This document shows positions 53,625 to 64,000 of a stretch of 64,000 nt of DNA, piece by piece. Numbering within the stretch: the first letter of the stretch is position 1; the number at the start of each line of letters is the position of its first letter. Origin of the DNA: Catajapyx aquilonaris (lineage: Eukaryota); NCBI GenBank assembly GCA_000934665.2, contig JYFJ02000922.1:1-64000 (forward strand), written 5' to 3'. The notes below the pieces were generated by a model that was not told the origin of the DNA, did not search any database, and worked only from the letters and a program-made list of their open reading frames with translations. The position numbers and the translations under genes are program-made.

Positions 53625-55634
53625 TATTGTTTATATGATGCAATCTTATCAACATTTTCGGCAAAAATTGGTCATATGTCATCATCACATTTGGCATTGG
53701 CTCCAGGCTCAGAGTATGACTATTTTGTGAGCCGGCAACACAAACGATAATGTGCATGCATGTATAGGCTACCCATGTGCTATGATATACAGGCCGCAGA
53801 ACAAACCCAGTTACTATTGCTTTACAACTGATTATGAAAATGTCCACTCTTCTAAGTGCAATTTCCACATCCCATATTCAGTACAGTACTTCATGGATAG
53901 CTAGTACTCAGCCAATATAGCTGGTTCATAACAAAAAATGAAAATAGGGCCTTACTTTGAGCTAGCACCAAAATCACCATGGATTACAACCCGCCTTCAA
54001 CAACAACTCACATTTTATTAATTTTTCAATTTGAGTCGGATGAATGAGGATGTGATTTGATCCACAGAGCTGCATTAATCCACCATTTGTTCGCACGAGT
54101 CGCGGCTCCACACACGCGGCCCGAATTTCGAATCGTTTGTTTGGAAGCGTGTCTCAACCCCTACCCCCCTCTCCCCTCCTTCCCAATCTAATGATCCCAG
54201 GTCACCCATCGTATAGAATACGCTCATTTTAACCCTCCCCAACAAAATTTGCTACCGGTTTGCTACACTCCCACAATAGTAACACACTCGCACAGAAAAC
54301 AAGCTACTCCGGTCGCTTTGATAACGTTTCTGGAGGAAGAAAAATTCCCTCCAGTCGCTTTAAATTCCGCACCGCCCGCCCTCCTTCCACGCAATGTAAT
54401 TTGTGGGCCTTTCCTCCCTCGCCTCCACCCCCCCCCCCNCCCCCTTTCCCCTCGACCACACTTCAAATTCGGTTTCGCAGCCATTGTCTGAAGTTGCAGT
54501 CCTTTTTTGTACTCACCACACCCCTCCCCAACATACCACCCCCACCAGCTTTCCAAAGACCGTTCGTTGTAATGCCATTTTTCAAAAAAAAAAAAGTCTT
54601 AGGTTCATAAATTACCTAACGTAATTAGTGATGGGGAGGGTCATCCCAATGTGACTATCTTTATGTAATATAATGCAGTGTGAATTCAACAATGTTTCCA
54701 GCAAAATGGATGCAAAGTTGTCGTTTCCTAGACTCCTATTGACGTTAGAGAAAATTTTCTTTCAAAATATGATACTTTCGGCCCCAATTTCGGTCCGCGG
54801 TTCGTTGCCTCGTGTTGCGAAGTTTTGCGGTTTGGGGCGAAATGACAAGGGTGTAATTGAACTCTTTTTTTGGAAGGGGGTTTGAGGCAAGGTCCATGTT
54901 AGGTGAATGTGACAGGGTGTGACATCAGGGGAAGAGTGAAGTCATATATTTCCAAACTACCAAACGCATCTTTGTGCAATTTATGAGCAGCCAGTGTAAA
55001 GTAATCGGGTGTAATGCGCACAGAAAGTTGATTTTGGCACAGAAGGCATAAATTTCAACAAAACTGTATAGAGGCTGTAAAATATAGGCTATACTGTATA
55101 GGCACCAAATGACACGGTATTTGTGCTCTATCACTTTTGTGGACTTTCTCAGTCACTTTGTCCTCAATTGACTCTCCTGAACTCTTGTGCAGTCCTACTT
55201 CTAGAACATCATTAATTTTCTACCAGAGCTTTAGGATGTTCTCAAAGTTGCTGCTGAGTCTCAGAGCATCCAAAAAATCCCCTCAAGTGTTACATTCTTT
55301 TCTGAGTTATTAGGGCATAATTAAAATTTATAAGCAGTTTAAATTTTATACATACCGGTACCACAGAAATGTTGAAAACCTGTCCTAAAACACGCAGTAA
55401 TGTATGCAGTTTCACGCAGTTGAATACAACTGAATTTGAGGATACGGACCCTGCACGTATGCCTATTCAAAATTAACCTATGCATCACTATATATCATAA
55501 ACAGACACCATAGAGGGCTGTGACTACTTCGTACACAAAACAACTCATATTGCCCTGTGGCAGGATTACCGGCCAGGATGTCCATGCTGTAGATTAATAG
55601 CACTCGCCCGATGAAAAAAGTCGCATAATTTCAT

Positions 55635-56237
55635 CTAACAAGGGAAGTGCAAGTGTTGTCCGTGGAGTTTCTGAATGAAACTTGGCACAATAATATAGGC
55701 AGGTAAGTTATTAAATAAAATGCAAACAATTTAGGCGGATGTCCACCATGGTCAAAAGTTATGACCTTTCGAACTTACAAGGGACATTTTCCAAGGTCTC
55801 GCCGATTTTTTTGAAATTCGGTACATTGGTATAGGCCACACCAAGGGATGAAAAACGCACCTAAAGTGACCTGCTCAAAATGACCCGGTGACCCATTTTT
55901 GGGGTCTACCAATGTACCGAATTTCAAGAAAATCGGTGAGTTTTCGGCATTTAAGAGTTGACCTCTGCCCCCCAAAAAGGGGTCACCGGGTCATTTTGAG
56001 CAGGTCACTTTAGGTGCGTTTTTCATCCCTTGGGGTGGCCTACCAATGTACCGAATTTCAACAAAAATCGGTGAGACCTTGGAAAGTGTCCCTTGTGAGT
56101 TGAAAGGTCATAACTTTTGACCTTGTGGGCATTCGCCTAAATTGTTTGCATTTTTCTTTAATAACTTACCTGCCTATATTATTGTGCCAAGTTTCATTCA
56201 GAAACTCCACGGACAACACTTACACTTCCCTTGTGAG
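55635..56237. mobile_element. Unclassified foldback element (CTAACAAGGGAAGTG...CACTTCCCTTGTGAG)
   Basis: ~270-bp near-identical inverted arms around a ~65-bp spacer. No TSD seen. Confidence 0.85.
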
Positions 56238-56259
56238 TGGTCAAATGCATTCAAAAGTT

Positions 56260-57127
56260 AGGGGGAAAAATCGCGCAAATTTGGAAATTTTGCCTTTTTT
56301 TGGATAATTTACTTCGGTTATTAGAAGTGGTCAAAACCAAATCAACATATACAAGTACATCAAATGAAATAGAATCGCGAGGATAATGCGCCTATGGAAT
56401 TATGTTTCCTATCAAATGTAACCATAAAACCGTGCGTAGTATTCTATCATTGGTCACATGCTCAGTCACATTTAGACTCCAACAATTTATAAGTGATGTA
56501 TTTGCGTATGAGCAGCCATATTTAGGGACAGGAGTTGTGACCCATATTGGATTAAATATGTTCAGTTTCAATCCTGGGTCATGCGTGACTCGCGAGATAA
56601 TAGATATGTTTCGCAGAATGGCCATTAATTCTTAGGGAGACCGAAGCTTGGATATGTGACCGATATAATGCCACACACGTTTTTCTGGTTACATTTTAGA
56701 AGAAAACTAATTCCATAGACGCATTCTGCTCGTGTTTCTCTTTCGTTTGATTTATATGTAGGTTGGGTTTTGATCACTTCCCGCACTAACCGAAAAAAAA
56801 CTATCCAAAAAATGCCAAATTTCCAAACTTTCACGATTTTTTCCCTCCCCACAGCATTTCGCAATTTGGATGACACTTTATATGTGCAGTGTTATGGCAT
56901 AAGTGTGAACAGCTGTGATTTTTTCAGAAAAATCCGAGATGGTCTAGCAACATTTACGCCCACTTTATTGGGAACAACTCGACTATACATTTGAGGATTT
57001 TAGTTTTTTGAATGCCCCGAGGTCAAAAACAAATCCCAGCAAAATGAATGGTCATTATGAGTTACGAGTGACCTAAGGAACATGGAAATAGCGATGAATT
57101 TCCATGGACAAATATCGTGTTGCAGTG
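56260..57127. mobile_element. Chapaev3-like element, copy 2 (left-truncated, opposite orientation to copy 1)
   Basis: Homologous to about 3190-4045. Its spacer (GTGATGTATTTGCGTATGAGCAGCCATATTT) is the reverse complement of that in copy 1. It ends TCGTGTTGCAGTG|TTA. Confidence 0.88.
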
Positions 57128-60100
57128 TTATTATTGTAGCCATAAAAACTAGAGAATAAAATATTCATGTTCGTGGACGTAAAAAAAAATCTGGTAGTTT
57201 ATTTTGTGAACCTGAATTCTCTGCTGCGCTGCGTATTGCTTATTTCCACTTATGACAAAGCCAACAAGCTCTTCCGCTGAGTGACAGAGAAGTGAAACGT
57301 TACTCGTTATACAGTGAAGCTCATGACATAGTTGCTAATCGTCTTCAACGGTATTTGTGGCATTGCATTGTTTCAAGAAGCCATTTCTGTATTGTACAAT
57401 GACTTTGAACTAAGTAGAACTGCAGCTTACGTCTGTCCTCACGACAATAGCATTGATTTTTATTTCAAAATATAAAATAGGCTAATACCTTTTCAAATGC
57501 CACCTCAAAACTTTGTGTCGTGAAAGAGGCCTTAGCATTGAAACGTTCAGTTAAAGAGCACATTTACTAGTATTAATTGCCACACCTTCAGAACAACTGC
57601 CGATCATTATTGGTAACTCCCCACTTTGGGCATGTAGCAGGGATTTACTCTTCGGCTGGCAGCGGTTACGAGGTGTACTTCCTGACACGGTAGACCGCTT
57701 ACTCGAAGTTGCTACCCTTTTGATCACTGCACCAGAGTTTTGTTTTAGTTTTATGCAGCCATAATACCTGCAAGTTATTAAAGGTACTAATGCGATGTAC
57801 AGCAGTATTAAGAGCTCTTAGAACGAAAACATGTCGGCGGCGGTGTCGCACGCCCTATAATTACAAATGAGTAGCGATCGGAGAGGTACTTCTGTACCAG
57901 GCACTTCTAATGATAACAATAACAAAACTTGGAAAAGGAATAAACCATTGGCACGAACACCCTCTTGGCGTGGTTGCGCACCACTACGACCCCTCTAGGC
58001 TAAAAATATATGCCGTCGCTTGCATTTAGTCAATAAAATGGCATGTTAGGTTTCCCACCGAACGTGATGGCGTCCAAATTAGTTCCATTGGAAGTACTTA
58101 CTTAATGGGGTATATTGCCCTCAATGTCCCCAAATGTTCCGAAACTTGTACCAAACGTGCGTTTCTTTTTTTTCAGCACCGGCAGCAATAATCATGTGAC
58201 TAACGTTTATTGCGTTGTCAGCCTGACGTTTTAAAGGCGCTTTAACACTGCTCCGAATGTCAGTATCCTGAAACGGATTGGAGGAGTTGTTGGTTCTCTG
58301 GGCAGATTTGCTACTTGCCTGCCATATTACTACCCCATGATCTGTAAACACAGGCAGTAGTGTCCACCCACTTAACGACCTCCGTTATGACATTGCCGGA
58401 GCCATATTTCATAAGGATAAGGTTGCATCCGGAGAGTTACGATGTAAATACTGGACACAAAATGGCAGGAAAAAGTCGGAAATCTTTCTAGTGATGCTGG
58501 GTTGCCAACTTGATTTCCAACAGTTTTGGGTTCAGCTTCACAACTAGCTTTATTTTTCGGTCGAACCCCAATAAGAGATCAGTCGGTTTGTCAGGACCGA
58601 ATGATGGGAAAAATAGCCAGATTGGGTGGCCAAATGGTCCGATTTCACCTGATGAATGTCAATTGGATGGCTTCCCTCTGATTGACCGGTCGCAAAATTC
58701 AGTAACCGGAAGCAAAGTGGGGGGTTGAATTCCATACATTTCTCCCTATATCCCCATCCCGACCATCACACACGCGCACTAAACGCCTCTGAAAGTTATT
58801 ATTCTCGCCGAAACTTTCAACGCTTCTAGTTATTTCCCTCCAAAAACATCACAATTAAAAAGTTTGAGTTCCGGAACTGTAATTATGGTGCATTTCAAAT
58901 TCAGCGTTGCTAAATCGATGGAGCAACCTAGGTTATGGCAGGCATTTTTTGGAAAGTTGTTTCTATAAAGAACATTGTTCACAGCCTCAAATCCTTTCGC
59001 GTCTTGTTTCAATCAGATCCAGACTTTGACTTGCTCATCGTGGCACTCATGACAGGCACAGGGTAAACTTTCTGGTTGCCCTAGAGGTGAAGAGCATTCA
59101 GTCTGTTCGTCAATTTTCTTGCCAGCACTAGCTACCAGGCGCAGCACTAAATTTAATTTATGATTCTCCTCGAGATTCGGCATTAATAATATATTAGGCT
59201 GTTTCGCAAACGTCTTTGTTTTGTCGGAAAATTCCCTGGCGTACCTGATACATGTACTAAAAAGAAAGGTTGTTTCCCTTTAATTAATTTTCAACAGCAT
59301 TGCCATGATTCGTTATTAACGCACCGATGGCCATATTAAAGCAATCTAATACTGGCGGCCAAATGTTGGATTTTTTATGGCGCGCAATGCGAGAGGAGAA
59401 TTTAAATAGGTCAAAGTCGTGTGGGACAGCCTTAAGGGCTGAACGACATTAAAGTGTATGTAGAACTTGCTTGCATATTCATATAGGAAAAAACCAATTA
59501 TAAACTGGGTGTTACATTATGCTCAGTACTGCATAAGTAGTCTACATATTTGCACTTACGGTTCTTGTGATCCTGTCAAAACGAATAAATTTAATATGAC
59601 CACTAGCTGTAGGCTAAGAGGCATGAGCATTCCACCACGTTACCTTCCATCACCACCAAAATGAGCTGGACAAGGCACAGTCCACGTGTCAAAAACAAGA
59701 GACAAATCCCGACACCTGTCGGAAGTGTACTTGTCACCAGATTCGCGTAAAAATAGCCTAATTAGCAATACTTCCAAACACAATTCACACATTACACACC
59801 ACGCTGTTCCCGCTTACGTCCCTATCGCTTGTGGCTAACGTCACATTCTAATTTGCATAGACATAAACCACACTCCCACCGCTGCATTATTTGTACCACC
59901 TAATCCTACAATGGAATCCCAACATTACGACCTCTTTCATTATCCATCCCTGTTTTAGCCCATCTGAAAAAACTACATACTCTATATACTCCATTTTTCC
60001 CTTCCTCCCCACTATCCCTCCTTCCCCTGCTTTCCGTCAAGGTGTGATGCGGGGCCAATGAATGCACTGCCTCAAGCCCCTGATGTAGTCCATTTGGGTC

Positions 60101-60272
60101 GCCTTTTTACGATTACATTTGCAATGTAGCCTTCGCTCTGGGGTGGATATTGCTCAAGCCGGCGGAAAGTGAAGAGCTCCATCTGAAACAGAGATTATCC
60201 GCAGGGTCGCCTATGTGTAGAGAGGACACTTTTTTTACCTACTTTTTGAGGAGGGAGATAACAAGTGAATGG

Positions 60273-60276
<4 letters not shown>

Positions 60277-60314
<38 letters not shown>
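60277..60314. repeat. (CT)19 microsatellite
   Basis: Directly visible. Confidence 0.97.
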
Positions 60315-60316
<2 letters not shown>

Positions 60317-63125
60317 ACGCCTCCCGATATTACTTCTCTGCCACAATTGACGGCCACCGTTGCAATATGATCAGGGACAGGAAATTGAGCACCAGACTAG
60401 CTGCTTTTTCCCAACTCAGATTTTTTGGCCACCCTCCCTTAGGAAAAAGACACACGTCACTGGCCACTGGCTCAAACAGTCCAAATCTACCCCCCATATT
60501 TTTGCTCCATAGCCTTGTTTTTAGCTGGGTGAGCTAGAGAATTTATTTGGATTGGTACTAACATGCTAGTAAAAACCAACTGAGCACATGATGTGAGCCA
60601 AATTTGAAATAATGAAATTTTTATGGGGTGCAATTCGTGGGGAATATGCCTTTCGGAGATACAACCGGAGCTCAATGATTAGCTAACCATGTAGGATACG
60701 CTCAGGGTCGTTTTAGCCCACGTTTTAGAGGTGGTCTGAACGAATATTATTATCCCGTTAGTGTGCGGGTTTTTTTCCCACGTCTTGAAAATTTTATTAC
60801 AAAACATTCGCTGGTACGTGAAACAAATGCATGCTTAATACACCTGCATGACACAGCTGCTAGGGTTGCACGGTCCTATTTAAATGATTTTAATATCACA
60901 TTCCCATGTAATTTTGTTCTCGTGGCTATCTTGTTAACATCCCTAAATTATCTATTTTTATCGTTGTGTTTTATCTGGGCTTTGACACCAATAATTTATT
61001 GATACACTGTGATATTCCACGTGCCCTGTGAAGTCAAATGTGAATAGACTGCTAAATTCCTGTCAACATAATGACACATCACTGTCGGCCCTACAATGCA
61101 CCAAAATTCCACTGAAATAATATATGCACTTGAACTAGGCAATTGGTTGATTAGGTTCCACCTCCCGGTTTTGAAATTATGGAAAACTACTGTATGTCAG
61201 GAGTTTGGGGATCATCCTCTATGGAGCCACACAGGTTCTCTTTGATGTTCCTCATAATACTGTTGGGGTTAGGTATCTACCCCAATCTTTCCACTCTCAT
61301 CCCTACCGTCGCCTAATAACAGTTTATTCACACACAAAAAAAGCAATCTGAGTGGCGGCGAATGTTTCGACCCAGTTTACTGTCTAAACGGGTGTACGTA
61401 CAGTAGTGAGAGAAGGAACTTCTTGCTTTCATTACCTCTCGACCAGCATATATACTTGCTTCACACAAGGTTACCCCCAGAGCAAGGCCCCAAACTCCAC
61501 TACATAATTATGCTCAAGTGGAGCGTTCCTGGCCTTCCAGTGCAGAACACGCTTTATCGCTAAAGGCTGCAGTACCCCCCCCCCCCCCCCCNCAACCCCT
61601 TCTCTCTCTGCCATACCCTGTTCAGTGTGTACCGCTGGTGAACTATGGCACTCTGAAAAAGTGCTCTCGAACAATAATTCGAATGCGTCTCTGTACCTGC
61701 ATTTACCGTTATGAAGCAAGACTTTTGGGTCAATGAGAGGCCAGTTTTTTGCCCTCACATTATGTTAATTACACCCCCTTTAGAGTTCTTTAATTATAAA
61801 GATTGTAGACACTCGCTTCAATTAGGAAATGTTTGCGCTAGCAGCCATGTTGATCTTACTGGTGTGTGGTAGGCTACTATAGTCTCGGAAAGTGACTTGA
61901 TAGTATAGGGGAGATATTTTTGCGCCTACCTTTTAAGGGGTCTACCCACGGGCATCTCTTCCACAGTCCCTCGGCCTAGTCTTCCTGTTCTCTCATATAA
62001 TAAAACACGTCTACCTTCCGAGCTCTTCCGCTCCGATTCTGCTTTAATCTCCTTTCAGTACAGTGCAGTGGCAGGAGCACGGCCCATACAACATATTCCT
62101 ATTTGACAAAGTATATACTATCATGACACCGTCCCAAGACCAAAGTTTTATACGTAGGCTGTCTTGGTGACATCTCATGTAAGTGAGAAAACAATATGTG
62201 AAAAATCGTTGTCTAGTCAGCCAGATAATATAGGGACATTACCAAAATTGAATTATTGGAATATGTCAAACAATCGCCACACCTGTGCATTATGCGACAG
62301 TAAGACTGCTCGCCATGCTGTTCAATATTGATGAGCGAATATGCTGTCGAAATAGTGTATTCATACACTTGGTCCTTTGCCTCCCCAGAAGTCTACTACA
62401 TCACACTAGCATAGCAGCGCAGCAGTAATTTGAAAGCCAAGGGTAAAATCCTCCGCTGTTTATAAATGGTAATAAAAACAAGTCTCCAGGACGTGATATA
62501 GGTCAGTTTGCCTGTGGGACACCAGAAACACGGCACGAACGGTGTACAGATACGGTGCAACCAGCTTGTTTTAATCACGGAGTTTTAAAAAAAGGCAGAG
62601 AGGAGCGTGAGAGAATGTCCTTGCAGATTAATGGATGTTTTGGGACTTGACACGGATTGCGTCACGCACCCAACTTCCAAACAGACCTAATGTTTGATGC
62701 ACATTAGTTGCTCTCAACGTGCACGCATGCATGGGTCACGACGCAAGGTACGTATGATTGTCATCACGACTAATAGCATTGGCGCTCGGTGTATTTCATC
62801 CTGGCTTAGGTGACACTATGGCGATATCAGGGGGTTTCCGTTTCGAACGAGTCAACAACAAACGAAACGTGAAAATGGTTGGCGGAGACTCCTCTCATGC
62901 TGTAGAGCGCATGTGCATTATTTTAGTGGTTTAGCTATGTGACTATAGTGCTAAGTTTGAACAGGTTAGGGAATGGTGTAGTTGTGGGCAGTTGTATCGA
63001 ATTTTTTGACATATTCGTTATAGAAATGACGAATCTGCCTCATTTTTAACTATATATACATATAAAATCATATAAGAATTAATCAAAAAAAAGGTCGCCG
63101 CAACGACGTATATATAGCTTACCGG

Positions 63126-63195
63126 TATCGCTCAAAGAGATGAAGACGATTTTGCATTTGGTTTCAATGCAAAATCTCAATCTTTTTGAGCGATA
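63126..63195. repeat. 70-bp inverted repeat (mini-MITE or RNA hairpin)
   Basis: Outer stem TATCGCTCAAAGAGAT / ATCTTTTTGAGCGATA, inner stem GATTTTGCATT / AATGCAAAATC, 7-nt loop. Confidence 0.7.
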
Positions 63196-64000
63196 GTACA
63201 TTTCTTATTTTTCCTGAGCCTCTCAAGCACAAGGTGGGCTTACATTTTTCCCAGTGTTACAGAAAACACGCAGCAATACTGCAATATATTTTTGAAGCAA
63301 GCTCAGCCGTCCTTTTTTCAAAAAAAAATAGTCCATGAGCACTACGTTTGATCCTTTTGGGAGCAGCAATCCCATTGAAAATCAGTCTACCTCTAGCAAA
63401 TACGATATCCTGCAATACTGACGCACCATCGTCCTCCACGGTATCCGAAAAGTTGCGGACCGCCTCAGTTCGTCCTACACATCGGATTAAACTTGAGACC
63501 CGCATACAGGTCGCTCTGAAGCTCTTCAAAAAAATAATAAATAAGGAATGAAATCCGTCCCAAGGATTACGCCGACGAGGTTATGAATATTTGCAGCCCC
63601 GGTGAGATTCGCCAGCTCATCTTTTAAGTGGGAATAAATTCAAGTGGCGCTTCTGATACTTAACCTTTAAAACCTGGAGCTATAAGAAGCCGAGAACGAA
63701 GCGGATAGCTCCCTCGTCGGCAGTCAATCACCCAAATGAATGAAAGAAAAGGATCGTCTTGGACTTCTCCTTTGCGAATGGGGAGAAAGGAACACTAATA
63801 TGCTTTAAAACCTCCTCGGTCCTGAAAAAAAAACTTTCATAGTAATGAAATGGTGGGTGGCAACCATGGCAAAGGCGAAGAAGGAGCGAAAAAACTCACA
63901 GGACTATACGCCACAATGCGGAGCTTCGCGAATCTTATCAAATAGACCCTGTATTTTTTTTTCTTTCCTTGCCCTGAATTCATCCTTTAATGCCGGAGAG

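Overview
This is eukaryotic, apparently non-coding DNA, probably an invertebrate and most likely an arthropod (inferred from the repeat content only). I find no intact protein-coding gene. The supplied ORFs are chance ORFs, mirrored ORFs inside palindromic elements, or transposon fossils. The window holds about 12 palindromic non-autonomous DNA transposons. By termini and target-site duplication (TSD) they look Tc1/mariner-, pogo-, Chapaev3-, Sola3- and hAT-like, and one set is triple-nested. There are also four tRNA-derived SINE copies from three families, a decayed mariner transposase, several LINE fragments, a Dada-like element inside a (CA)n tract, and microsatellites. Three observations stand out. 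(1) Short TA-N3/4-TA insertions are widespread and look like excision footprints. Three of them each add +5 bp inside the mariner fossil, and four are stacked at one TA site. (2) Three SINE families with different bodies share one 3' stem-loop. (3) The triple nest can be ordered in time from the sequence alone. All family names come from recalled hallmarks, not database searches.
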